Shown in pieces: positions 13,641-27,504 of a stretch of 64,000 nt of DNA (positions within the stretch are counted from its first letter, which is position 1; each line of letters begins with the position of its first letter). The notes under the pieces are model-generated. The model had not been told where the DNA came from. It saw only the letters and a list, made by a program, of their open reading frames with translations, and ran no database searches. The stretch lies in assembly GCA_040954595.2 (NCBI GenBank), contig CM082591.2, forward strand, positions 6,408,266 to 6,472,265. Direction: 5' to 3'. The translations under genes and the position numbers were made by a program. This DNA comes from Balanoglossus misakiensis. Lineage: Eukaryota; Animalia; Hemichordata.

Positions 13641-16600
13641 ATGAAGCAAAGTTTAGCGGTGACGACCACAGGAAGGGTATGGTTTCCACCGTGGTGTACA
13701 TTGTCAAAGCTGTTTTGTTTTTTTCTTGGCGTAACGATTACAATATTTCTTCAAGAAACGGTATGTATGTATGTATGTATGTATGTATGTATGTATGTAT
13801 GTATGTATGTATGTATGTATGTATGTATGTATGTATGTATGTATGTATGTATGTATGTATGTATGTATGTATGTATGTATGTATGTATGTATGTATGTAT
13901 GTATGTATGTATGTATGTATGTATGTATGTATGTATGTATGTATGTATGTATGTATGTATGTATGTATGTATGTATGTATGTATGTATGTATGTATGTAT
14001 GTATGTATGTATGTATGTATGTATGTATGTATGTATGTATGTATGTATGTATGTATGTATGTATGTATGTATGTATGTATGTATGTATGTATGTATGTAT
14101 GTATGTATGTATGTATGTATGTATGTATGTATGTATGTATGTATGTATGTATGTATGTATGTATGTATGTATGTATGTATGTATGTATGTATGTATGTAT
14201 GTATGTATGTATGTATGTATGTATGTATGTATGTATGTATGTATGTATGTATGTATGTATGTATGTATGTATGTATGTATGTATGTATGTATGTATGTAT
14301 GTATGTATGTATGTATGTATGTATGTATGTATGTATGTATGTATGTATGTATGTATGTATGTATGTATGTATGTATGTATGTATGTATGTATGTATGTAT
14401 GTATGTATGTATGTATGTATGTATGTATGTATGTATGTATGTATGTATGTATGTATGTATGTATGTATGTATGTATGTATGTATGTATGTATGTATGTAT
14501 GTATGTATGTATGTATGTATGTATGTATGTATGTATGTATGTATGTATGTATGTATGTATGTATGTATGTATGTATGTATGTATGTATGTATGTATGTAT
14601 GTATGTATGTATGTATGTATGTATGTATGTATGTATGTATGTATGTATGTATGTATGTATGTATGTATGTATGTATGTATGTATGTATGTATGTATGTAT
14701 GTATGTATGTATGTATGTATGTATGTATGTATGTATGTATGTATGTATGTATGTATGTATGTATGTATGTATGTATGTATGTATGTATGTATGTATGTAT
14801 GTATGTATGTATGTATGTATGTATGTATGTATGTATGTATGTATGTATGTATGTATGTATGTATGTATGTATGTATGTATGTATGTATGTATGTATGTAT
14901 GTATGTATGTATGTATGTATGTATGTATGTATGTATGTATGTATGTATGTATGTATGTATGTATGTATGTATGTATGTATGTATGTATGTATGTATGTAT
15001 GTATGTATGTATGTATGTATGTATGTATGTATGTATGTATGTATGTATGTATGTATGTATGTATGTATGTATGTATGTATGTATGTATGTATGTATGTAT
15101 GTATGTATGTATGTATGTATGTATGTATGTATGTATGTATGTATGTATGTATGTATGTATGTATGTATGTATGTATGTATGTATGTATGTATGTATGTAT
15201 GTATGTATGTATGTATGTATGTATGTATGTATGTATGTATGTATGTATGTATGTATGTATGTATGTATGTATGTATGTATGTATGTATGTATGTATGTAT
15301 GTATGTATGTATGTATGTATGTATGTATGTATGTATGTATGTATCAAGTCTTGTTTATTTCATGAACTGATAGTATATAATTAAGTTATTTGTAATTCTT
15401 TCTCGTTGATTCTAATTCGTTATTGTCTAGTTTGTAGTCCAGACACCATGGTCAAACACTTACGTAGGTCCGACGTCGTTTGAGAACAATCTTCGTTCGC
15501 TCACCACACGACAACATGCTGCGTTCTCTGGAAGGGCTATGTGGACGTTGGAGGAAATAAATCTACATTCGAAAAATCTGACATCGTTCGCAGCTTACTT
15601 GCAAGACCATGGGGCAACATCACCAGATACTTCAAGGTGTGTTAAAAAATATAGCCTATTTTTCTATACATATGTACCTTAATGTTAAAGCTCCAGCATC
15701 TTCGATAAATATTTAGAAGACAACAATTGTTTGTTTGCCAAAATGGTCGATTTACCACGTGAGTCTCTTGTTTAATATTCATATAATGAAACTGTCAGGG
15801 ACTTGTAAAATAACAAAAAATAATGACTGTATTAATTGATTTCAGGTTAACCATTCAGGGGAATACAACATCGTCACATTTTACTCAAGGTGAAATAATT
15901 GAGGTGACAATTAACACTTTTGATGCTGATGGTCGTGAACGAGGTATTGGAGGGGACTTCTTTTTTGCTGTTATGTCAAACAGTGAAATGCAGACTTCTA
16001 CCAGCGGAAGGATATTTGATCGTGGGGATGGATCTTACACTGTCAAATTCTACGCCGCCTGGTCTGGACCGGCGGATATCGTAATAACTTTAGTGCATCC
16101 ACGCGAGGCTGTTCAGTGGATCAAGAACGTATACCGACCAACAGAACGAAATGGCGATTGGACGGGAGAGTTCAAAAATAAGATGTCCACTGAAAACATG
16201 CCGTGCTATGTTTTGGGGAATTCATCTTTCGATAACAAATGTGTGTATCGAAACGAAAACTCGCTCGGTGATGTAGCATTCGTGTGCGATAAACCCAAGA
16301 GATTATCATGTTTGCAACTCGATAAAGTTGGCCGCAGGATAACCTCGTTACCAAATAATGTAAACAGACTTTTGTCAGATGACATCAAACCTATGTTTGA
16401 ACGGTAGGTATTAGTTTAGATAGCTGTTCATAAATAAATATTTTACTAAATATTTAATGTCTGTTTGTGAACTGCCTGTGCTTGTCTTTTTGAATGGCGT
16501 TGAATTGGGTTACCGTCGCTCTATGATTTAATGCTCAATTCTCCCTACCGTAAATAAGGTTTTGCTACCTAGGTGATAACGATATCTAGTTCGTTATTTT

Positions 16601-17544
16601 TGTTTTATCTTTTTTTCACAGCCCTTACCTTATGACGTCACTGGCGGACTGTCCATTGAAAATCACGATTGAAGGTAATTATTTGGTTTAGTATAACAAA
16701 CATAATTTTTTAGAACTCTACTCTATGTTACAAGTGAGTTAAAATACTATTTACATTTTTAGATGATCAAGATTTTAACAGCCGAGCTGAAGATCTTCCC
16801 CCATGCAGAGCAGACCTCCCACGAACAATGTCAGATGGTTTCTGGAGAAATGCGACTACGTGGACTTCCCTGGTTTGCAAAGCGAGACACTGGAGTGCCC
16901 ACGACACGCAGATGTGTCTCCAGGGGAAGGAGGTGATTTTTCTGGGCGATTCGACGCTCAGACAAATGTACGACGTCCTCACTGCTGCGCTGAAGCAAAG
17001 GCCACGGACGGACCGTGACACAGACTCGTGGAGGGACGACGCTCACGACATCAGCGCCAGTTTTGATTTTCATGCAATCCGTTCAGGCAGCCCTTTAATC
17101 GACTTTTGGACCCAGAAATTTGAAAGTGACGTAATCGACAGTTTAGCTGCGACCCAGTGCAACTATGTTGTTGTTCTCAGTCTGACCTATCACATGACGA
17201 CATGGACACCGGCTTCGTACGTGGAAAGGCTTCTTCGCGCGAGACAGGCAATTATTCGCTCGAAACTACGCTGCCCGGACGCGGTTGTAATTATAAAGAG
17301 TTCCCATCCCAGAGAGCACGACACAAAAGCATCGTACATACACAGCGGCGATTGGACCTTGTTTGATATGAATGAGGTGTTACGGACAATATTTGAAGGG
17401 ATTGGGGTTGTTTTTCTTGATGTCCATGACATGTCCCTGTCCCATGTCTCTCATAACACAGTTCACATGCCAGAAGAAGTTATGCGTCAACAAGTGGACT
17501 TGCTTTTGTCATATGTCTGTCCTACCTATTCAACATACATGTAG
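13641..17544 (+). CDS. NXPE family member, copy B, ~572 aa; exons 13641-13760, 15431-15636, 15846-16403, 16622-16674, 16763-17544
   Basis: Same exon phases as copy A, with GGDFF, FLGDSTLRQ and NTVHMP motifs. The 1719-nt spliced frame is open, and both exons and flanking introns are closely similar to copy A. Confidence 0.9.
13761..15344. repeat. Apparently perfect (GTAT)396 microsatellite, 1584 bp
   Basis: Uninterrupted GTAT from 13761 (the splice donor) to 15344. Confidence 0.97.
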
Positions 17545-18780
17545 TTACGTTTTTACTTGATGTGAATATAGAAAACAAATTGAGAAAATATCACCTTTTA
17601 ACCCTATTTGACCTCTGACCTAGGAATAGACACAAGTCAGTTTCTATGACATTCTTTTTGTTGTGGTCCGTAAACATACAACAGAAACAGAAACTAAAAT
17701 AAAAAAAATGTTTATTTAAAAAACTATTTAATAAAACAGAATTAAAATAAAGATAATTACATTTAAAGCCCCTATAGCTGCCAAATATCACATATTTTTT
17801 CACAGTAAAAATACTTCAAATATATTCCCTATCCTCTAAAATCCTCGCCATTAAGCCATATTACTTGCATTTGCATCTTCTCTATAGGCGACGCATACCA
17901 CGATAGCTGCGTACTGTTTGTATGGACGCTGATTAAATCACTTTTTGATATGTTGTAAAAGAATTCGGTATTTTTCAGTCATCATTTATGCATTAATAGG
18001 AGAGATTATTTCTCTCTGGGGACAGACATTGCTTTTTATGTTCTCATTTTAGAATTCTAAAAAAGGCAGCGAGTACTCGATATTTCAATATGGAAGTAAA
18101 GAAAACGACCTAGTTTTCAAAATGTGACGTTGGTTTCCTGATGATGCATCCTCATTTTAGTGTTTTGACACAAGGAGAGATCCCTTTTGATTGTGTTCTA
18201 TTAATTTCATTAAACGTTGTTTGTGACTTTGTGAAGTATGTGTAAGTTTGTAACCACTGGGCGCAAGAATGAAGTGTATCAATGCAACAACAACAATATA
18301 CCAAAACTTAAACATTAATCACTAGGTTTATTTTTTATAATACAAATTCCAATGATAGCTACACGGTAGCCTAATTCAAAAGTCGTATTCGCAATACTTT
18401 TGAGCTACAGAAAATAGATGAAAGTCAAAAATCGTAAACTGTTGTCATTTTTCATGCATGCAGCGTAGTGTAACCGCGAATGATGTCCATCTCACTCCAG
18501 TCAACGTGTAAACTTCATGTAATTCGTCTTTACCAAAATATAATAGAACTTTAAGCAAGGAGAAAATTTCAATATCAAGCATGATCTTCTCACGTGACCA
18601 CGTGGAGTAATTTCCAAGGCAGGTTACACTGGACAAAATAGAAAAGAAATCAAATAAGTATTGCGGAGGCTTAAAAGAGGAAATGCATTTCAATCAATCA
18701 ATCAATCAATCAATCAGTCTATAAATTAATAAGTAAATCAATCAAACAGTAAGTCCATCAATTTATCTGCCATTTGTCAT

Positions 18781-21700
18781 TCAAGTTGTCTTTTTGTCAT
18801 TCTGGTTTTGTCTGTTTCTGTAACTATGTCCTGAACAGTAAACAGATCCATCTCTCCTTCATCCATCAATATGTCCACACAACCCACCCTAGTCACACTA
18901 CCAGATAATTTGACATTCAGCAATGACACATTTGCGTCACAAGCACAATATCAAAGCTGTGGTCACTTTGGATAGTATACGTACCTCTTGAAAGTATTCC
19001 AGAAACAGCCCACCACGTTTTCACGACAGTGTCAAAACCATGTCTCAGATAGCAGTTCTTTCCAGACAGACTGTAGGTCCAAACGGTACACTCTGGGTGT
19101 GCAAGACATGCGGCACAGCAGTCGTCTGCGTTTGCTGTATCTGCGTCAATTCTCAGATTTGGCCCTTGCAAATCAGTGCCTGTGTATCCGGAACATTTCA
19201 ATGCATCATGGGAGTCTGGAAGGAAAAGAGCGAACAATTGTTGAACAAATCCAGCACAGCTTACATACCTTTCATTAGTTTCTATGGTATATGTGACAAA
19301 CAAGTTGATATGCATATAAAGTTAGGAAAGTTGGAGAAACGAAAGGCGGTATAATCTCTGCAAACGCTGTTCCGTGAGTCACTGGACTCTCTCATCAGGA
19401 GACTAAACCAGTTAAACAAACATGTTGTATATGTGTGTACGATTTTTGAAGTGGACTGTTTGACAGCTTAACACGTAAAAGTTTCTTACGTCTGGACACA
19501 ATTCCAGCCACATTCCACCATATGTCAGCAACTTCTGTGACGCTGCTTCTCAGATAACAGTTCTTTCCTGTGATGCTCCAGGTCCACACGGTACATTGAG
19601 AGTTGGCCTGGCAGTGGGCACAACAGTCTCCTGCTTTCTGCACGTCCGGCACCGTTCCCACGCCAGCACCTCGAAGGTCGGTTCCAACGATTGTAGAACA
19701 TTCGAATGCTTTAGTTGAAGGGGGGAGGAACATATACCAGGTTCAACTTATTGCAATCATCAGTGTCTTCATTACACGTGTCTAAATATCTCTATGCATA
19801 TGTTTGATGAAAGTGAAAATGTTTTGTATTTTGGAAGAATTTTCTTTACATTTCAAAACATTACTCCTCGTGTGTTGCGTGTTTGTTTTCTATGCAGTTT
19901 GCTTTGCAGATCTCAAGGGGGTGCCATTATTATATACCAACTATTTGTTTGATTATTGCAACTTAAATGCTCTAAGGTTGGGGACAAGATTTATTATAAG
20001 AAGGGGAACACGTCAGTGTCGAAAATTTCTCTATTTCCGTATTTAATATATAGATCTCGAACGTCTTTTCTCGGATCGTGTTTCAGGTACAAAATCTTAG
20101 CGTTTCCCAAACACATCCGCCATCGTGAAATTCCTTGATTTTTCTCACGAACTTAGGTAGTACAACGCGTTGAAGGTAGTGCGAATTGAGCCTTTTCTTT
20201 TAATGAAGTACGGGCGTTGGAAATGGAATACAAAATGCTTGTCAACTCACCACTGCCTCCGCCTCCGCCCCCGGGAATATGGAGAAGTTTGTTTGGTGTT
20301 GAACCACGGCGACTGGAAGGCACAGAAGACAGGTCAATTTTATCCGACTGGGCAGCATTCAACAACGCGGTTAACATCGAGCTTTGTGTGAGTGTGGAGT
20401 CCCCTGCAAGCATTAGGGCCGCAACACCTGGGGAATGTATAAAGGAAAACATTAATATTAATTTAATTTTTCCCGTACAATGAAAAAAACGAAAACTTCA
20501 TTAAAAATATTAGACTAAAGTTCATTAAGCTTACAGCTGTGAAAAATGTACCCGAGTTTAGCCATAAGACGGTATATGATTTCACAAGAATTTAAAGTAT
20601 GGCTTTATAAAATGGTTCTAAATTTAGTTAAAACTGCTAGAAATGCTTTCAAAAGAAATTAAGAATTTGACTTATTTAATTCTTAATACGCATAATGTGG
20701 TAACTTTTGTTGCATCTTGCGGGAATTTCGGTTAAGATGTAATCTGGTTTGCCCTGTCTTAAGAATACAAGACACCCAACCTTACCAGCTACATGAGGAG
20801 TTGCCATCGAGGTTCCACTCATAGTGGTGTAGCTGGCATCTCCGCTGTGGTAGGCACTGTTGACGTCACTTCCGGGTGCCAGAATGTTGACGCAGTTTCC
20901 GGAATTTGAGTACGAAGCGAAGTCGTCATCGGATTCGGTAGCTCCCACTGTGATTGCCTGCAACACGCATAAATGGTAGCAAGCAATGTGTCAGTCGCAT
21001 TGAAGTTTGAATATGTACTGGCGGCCGATACAGATACATGCAATTTTGAAGATGAGTTTTAAGACTAAAATTTCAATGTTACAGAATCTATTACTAAATG
21101 CTTTATGATACTTTAAATGTCACACCTCGGGTGCCGATGCAGGCGACTTAGTACAGGCGTCTGCACCTTCGTTTCCAGCGGCAACGACGACGATGTACCC
21201 AGCATCGGTTAACCGTTTGACTGCCAAATTCATGGACGAGGAGTATCCACCGCCCAGCGACATGGAGACCACTGCTGGTTTCATATTCGAAGCGGCGACT
21301 GCATCCATGCCTGTAAGGAAAAATTGGTGACAACCTGTGTGTTGGGGACGGCTATTAAGCATTTTGAATGAATTTCACATATCCTTCACATTGCATTTGT
21401 TAGTCTCTTTGAATGTATAGAATCGACAACTGCAGACTTTCTTGTAGCCTTAGCTATCTAAATCATCGTATGACGCTGTAGTGTTGCGACGGGCCAATCT
21501 TACCTCCAATAACGCCGCTGTTTGACCCACTGCCTTGGCAATTCAAAACACGACCCGCATACAACGTAACACCAGGAGCAACGCCAACAGTACTTCCGCC
21601 GACAGTGCCAGCGCAGTGAGTACCATGTCCTTGACAGTCATTCCCCTGCAAAGTGCACAGATTACATGGGAAAAATCGATTAGTTTATTGGGAGGGTACA

Positions 21701-23386
21701 GACTCTTTCGCTGCAAAATCAACACGGGAACTGCACGGTCTTGCACACCTGGGTTCTAGGTGATTGTAGTGACCTGTACATTGTATTTGCATATAGCGGT
21801 ACTGCTGCACCTGTTATGCAACACCTATTTATATGGTTGATTTGAATAAAACTACAGTCAGTCAGTATTCAGCCATCCTGGTTGTCACGTCTCTGTGCAT
21901 GTACTCTCTCTCTCCCATTTGCTATCCTGAACACAACAGTCATATTTCTTGCATTAGAACCGCGTAGAATGTGCATGGGCATTACTGTCTACTTCAGGAA
22001 TTATATTATCCAGACACGAAGCAGAACAAGCTGGCTCAGAAGAGATTTCATCATGACACGTTTCATATCGGTAAGATAATGATATTTGGTACAACTTACG
22101 TCTTGTCCATCTGAGAATGCGTCGTAAAATCGATGTGCTCTTCCTCCAAACTCGTTGTGAGTGAAACGTATGCCAGTATCCAAAACAAAAACATTCACTC
22201 CGCTGCCGTCCCCTGCAAACGGCAGAAGCCGAGAAAGGGGGCTGAAGGTTAGGTATATTCAACCCTGTTTAATTATTCTATTGACCAAATTTAATGAGGG
22301 TAACCTGGTAAACTCTTAGTAGGGTTAATCATCACCCAGGCCCTTATATTAGCCACATTTACTTTTCTTCCAATCACCATACACATGAACATGCAAATTA
22401 AATTACACACATGAAGCAATGCGAAGTAAAAGACTATTCTTAAGGTCACAGCATTAGCATCATGTCAAACCATGACGTCACCATCCTCGGGTAAGAATTC
22501 TACGGCCATGTCCCGGTTTCGAATCCACAATCGCCACAGTTATGAAAAAAAATTAAGAGCGAAAAAATCTGAGCCTTACCAAGTGATGATTGATAAACGT
22601 TATCCAAAGGCAGGTCGGCTTGATCGATCCTGTCCAGACCCCACTCTACATTTCCATGAACAACTTCGTCTTCTTCAACAAACTCTACTTCATCCAACCA
22701 ACGGAGCTAAACAAAAATCAATTGATACGATCAATGCAAAGTTTTCCTCATTTGCTATGATGTCATACAAATACTTTTCCCGTGGTTTTCGGAGTTTTGC
22801 TGCATCAATCCATCAATCCATCCAAACCAATAACACTTACAATGTGAAGTGCTGCAGCAGGAACTCTGGCCACGAAACCTTTCATCAAACTTGTTATATC
22901 GATTTGGAAATCAATATGTAATCCTCTCTCTTCACTGAGTGCTTGGAATTTTTCTTCAAATTCTTCAAGCTGTTCATCAGTAAGACCATCCTTAATGAAA
23001 AAGAAAACAGATTAAAATGTTATATACGTGAAGGTCGGCAAAATACTAGGAAGCTAGAAATACGCTCTCGAAGTGTGTACATGCATAATGCACGCTTTTT
23101 AATGATTCTGCGTGGCGTGTAGATATTTTTAAACACGACACAAGCCACTTACTTTGAGTTTTACAATATACTCGTCATCTATCTTCTCCTCCCCGGCATG
23201 AAGAAGCGGAGCTTGTGTTGTACGTTTGACGAAACTGGGGCGAAATTCTCGGGCTTTCAGGTCGGCCAGGGTCTTCAGCTCGGCCAGGGTCTTCTTAATC
23301 TTGGATTTTCCGGAAAAAGCACTGGTCTGCATCAGTATTACTGCAAATATGCAGATCCAAATCGCAATGTGTCGCGATGAAACCAT
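18781..23386 (-). CDS. Secreted S8A subtilisin (proteinase K/aqualysin-like) #1: signal + I9 propeptide + catalytic domain + Gly linker + 2 PAN/Apple domains, ~599 aa
   Basis: Exons 23386-23153, 22990-22841, 22706-22580, 22212-22100, 21645-21504, 21310-21126, 20957-20786, 20427-20251, 19708-19490, 19215-18985, 18830-18781 (1800 nt). Motifs [39 protein letters not shown]; PAN pattern DCC..C.....C..WT......CYL. The short terminal exon is less certain. Confidence 0.92.
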
Positions 23387-24008
23387 GGTTGCTCAGAAAT
23401 GATTCACCTGGAATAAATTGACAAGAAAATGTTAGTGATCACGGCATAGGTATCTTATACTCCAAGTTCTTGATAGTCATTCATATTTATGCAGAGTGCG
23501 ATTGCCAACATGTAAATGTACAGAATTACATGTCGATGGTCGATTTTCCAGTTGATATTAAGACGGCATCCAAGTAATCACGACTTGGAAAACGGTTATT
23601 GATCATGCCGCCTCGATAACCAGAAGCCACGATATGGACACTTTTCCATCTCAGGTTTTCAAATCAAACATGTTTTCCGTAAGTAACACAACTTCTAAAG
23701 CAATCTTCCTTATCTTGTTGTCAGAGTCGTGCTGAATTTCGCAACGGACGCGGTAAACGTTGTTGGAATAGCAATGAAATGGAATCGTGTTAACGTAAAA
23801 ATTGAATTCATGAGACAACACTGGCGATTCACGTTACATGAAAACATCGGTGGGACAAGAAACTGCGAATCGAGCACTTGAATCTTTGCTATACTCACCC
23901 AGTACTGGTCTCGCGTGCTGTCGTATCGGCCGGCAAAACTTTCTGATTCTTCCTTACTCCGAGAATCGCTATTTATCCATCCTGCCCAGCTTTGTTTCAC
24001 GGTGTCAA

Positions 24009-24425
24009 TTATGTCAGAAAAAAATTAGCATGGGTCGCAATGGGCGATACCATCAACACCTGTGGACCCCAATTGTTTTGAAACAGGTGTAAATACACCA
24101 GTAACGCAACACCGAGTAGTAAACACTTTTGAATAATTTTCATACAAATGCAAATCAACAAACAGTGCGAAGTGCGATCGATAATTGCGAGTCACAAAGG
24201 CAAGTAGAAAAAATCGATAAATGTCATTCAAACAGGCAAGTCAAAAAATAAACCACAGATGTCCATTATATTTTCAACTGTCAAAGAAGGTATACAAATT
24301 AACATGCAGCTGGACCCAAATTGTGTCAACATGTGAAAGAGGGGTTGTGGGTCAGATCAATTAACACCGACGCAGGTGTCGATGGTATCGCCCATTGTGA
24401 CACATGCTAATTATTTCTGACATAA
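24009..24425. mobile_element. MITE with ~55-bp terminal inverted repeats
   Basis: ttatgtcagaaa..aattagcatgggtcgcaatgggcgataccatcaacacctg mirrors caggtgtcgatggtatcgcccattgtgacacatgctaattatttctgacataa. Confidence 0.8.
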
Positions 24426-24597
24426 CTGAAAGCCCGAGAATTTCGCCCCAGTTTCGTCAAACGTACAACACAAGCTCCGCTTCTTCATGCCGGGGAGGAG
24501 AAGATAGATGACGAGTATATTGTAAAACTCAAAGTAAGTGGCTTTTGTTGTGTTTAAAAATATCTACACGCCACGTCGAGTCATTAAAACGTGTGCA
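24426..24597 (+). pseudogene. Inverted copy of the 3' half of protease #1 exon 1 plus the start of intron 1
   Basis: 24426-24544 is the exact reverse complement of 23142-23260 ([36 protein letters not shown]|gtaagt). The following intron part shows several mismatches. No start codon or downstream exons. Confidence 0.9.
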
Positions 24598-27504
24598 GAA
24601 CATTAAAACTACACTTTAAAAATATCCTTCTCAAGTAGATATGGCTATATGACTTAGACATTTGGCATGTAGAACCATGGCCGTTCATTCTAAAAAGATG
24701 GTGTACATGATTTTGATTATGATTATGATTATGCAGATTAGGTTAATTTTAAATCCAATAAGGTCGCCACGTCAGTGGACCAACATGGTTTGTTATAGTC
24801 ATATGGGCAAACAATTTTTTTCGACAGCTGTTACCTATCTGTCATAATCAAGTCATGAGACCAGTGGTATCTGTACTCTTATTGATGCAGGGACAAAATC
24901 ATACACGAAAAAAAACACCATGTACAAATGTGGCATGAGGAAAACCCTCTGCACAAACTCTGTTGCTAGACAGTGATTAACATAACAATGACAAAGTGAG
25001 GCTGATATTTGCACTCCAATATTAACAACCAACATCTTTCTATATAATTTTTCTGTTCAGTGTGTTGACCAAGACGTTCACACTTCAGTTATAATCCCCC
25101 AACCGGAAAACCGCCGTTAGTGGGAATACTACCTACAACGTTTGTGCAGGCCTAGTTTGGCATGGGGGACTTTGAAGCAAGGACACAGTGACCTCCCGCT
25201 GTTTTTTTCATTTAGTAACGGCCTGGATACTAACAGACATTCCATTTACTGTGTAATTGGTTTTCTTTTGTTATATAAAGTTTCATCAACAAATGTTGCT
25301 GGTGCTCAAAACCTAATTAAATGTAAAAATAAAACTGGTGGTTTAGCTAATGCAAATAGGCAAGCCGATCAATTTTTCTCTCTCTCTCTCACTCTCGCCC
25401 ACTCTCCCTCTCTCTCACTCTCTCTGTCGCACTCTGTGTGTGTGTCTCTCTCTCTCTTCCCCTCTCTCTCTTTCTCTCTCTCTATGTCTTTGTCACATAC
25501 TCTACCTTTCATGAATAAAACTTTGGACCAATGATATGCTTACATAGATATTTAATTTTTGTTGTTCCGGATTACATGCTATTCGACATGATCATAGACA
25601 ACCGCGACCAATGAAAACTGTTCACAACCGTGACGAAGGAATTAGCCACGGAAACAATGGCGCGAAAAGTTAATGAGATGCAAATGATATGTTAATGAGT
25701 ATACCGCCATTGCAATAACCATAGGAATTTTCACTGGCCGGAAAACTCGTCGCGTATGCAGTCAAATTCGGCGCGGCAACACATCTGTGTTGACTAAAAT
25801 GGGTTAAACCTTCCGTAGGTTATTTATTTTCGGAAATAAGTTACAGTCGATCGATTTTGTGAGTAATTTTTCATGTCAAACGTACATTTTCAAGGTGCGT
25901 AAATACTTATTGGCGGGTCTGTATGTGTTCAAGGACTGGCAGAAGTAAATACGTTTTAAATACACCATCTCTCCCCCTCCCTCTTCCCTCTCTCTCTATA
26001 TATATTCCCTCTCCAAATCTTATAATAATTTCAACGAACAGGGGCAATAATATTGCGGGAGTCACATAAAAACACAATGAGACAGGTGTGGTTTATTACT
26101 TTCCCACGCTAGGTTTATTAATGCAGCTCATAACCGATTATCGTTGTTGTTGCCTGTTTGTAGGTGTGACACTTCAGCCAATCAGCTCAACATCACCGAT
26201 ACACCACCAATTCTCCCTACCCTAAATAGGTCTACCTAAGTGAGTGATGGAAATCTCATATGGTCGACACAATTTCAAGATGGCCGATTTTTGCCATGTT
26301 TAAGAAATGGGAGTTCATAAGCTAAAGTGATGATGGGTCATTCTCAAACTTTTTAACAGAAAAAATAACAAAATGTGAAAAAAGTTAATGAGTTTAATAT
26401 GCTAACTACAAAGACAGACATATTTGACCAAAGGAAGTCATGAAATACAGTAAACATATAATTTCTTTCGCCCAGAATGCAATGTGATTTGACCCCCTAG
26501 CACAAAGTGAAAACCTATTTAAGGTAGGGAGAATTGCCAGCAATTGATTATATGTTGTTCTATCACAGATTAGTTGTGTATAGTCAGTGCAAATCTGTTA
26601 GTATATAATCCACTGCACTAGCTAATGCGTCAGCCAGTCACAACATAGAAAATACAAACACAGAATAATAAAACAAAATGGTCTAATTCCTATGTAGAAA
26701 TCTTTTACAACGTCTTAAATTTAATCTAACAGATGAAATAATGTTTAATATCACAAACTGACGATTTGGAAGTGGTACTGTACTGAAGTAATTTTCTGAC
26801 CATATCTTTTTCTTCAGTTCAGGTGACAAAAAGCTAACAAGTCATTGTAAAAATTGTTGCAATTATATTTTAGAGTCATACATTCTTATTAAAAAAAACA
26901 ACATTTATTGCGATCTGGACCACACGTGGTGTTTCTTCTTGAAGGAAAAAAGCATACAGTTGATTTTATTTTATTTTACTATGTCGATCTGGAAATGGAT
27001 TACTCAGTACAATATCTCAGAGCAGCTCAAACAGTTTTCATTGTACTAAGTATGTTCATGCAATTATAAAGGTTTATTAAATACACACATATATAGAATA
27101 AAAGGTAAAAGTAAGTGGCGCTTAACGTGGAAAAGCCTCACAACACACACGCCCATGCATTAACGTTAACAGACGAGTTAAAATAAAACATTATTTAAAA
27201 CTTGTAAATACATATAACCCTTAACTGTACTGTCACCCTAACTTAGACTTAGATAAACACATTTAACCCCGGATTCATCAACATAATTAAACGTAATTGG
27301 TCGTGAATACCTATCAATAATTGTTATTTTATACGCATGTATGTTTGTCTTCTATCTGCATTCTGGCTAAAGAGGAAATGGTTTCCTAAGTCAAAGTAAT
27401 TATATTATAGATTTTTATCTTGTCAGGCGAAAAATGGTCTGGTTCAAATACATGTCGATTTAGTTATACTCTGCAAGGCTGATCAGCGAAATTGGTCCAC
27501 AGAT

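Noticed and set aside
13586-15384. 537-594-aa ORFs of MYVC/HTYI repeats (also at 7267-7887, 36757-37185, 38509-38959, 44295-45008, 54617-55152)
   Set aside because: Translations of stop-free (GTAT)n microsatellites in introns or intergenic DNA, not proteins.
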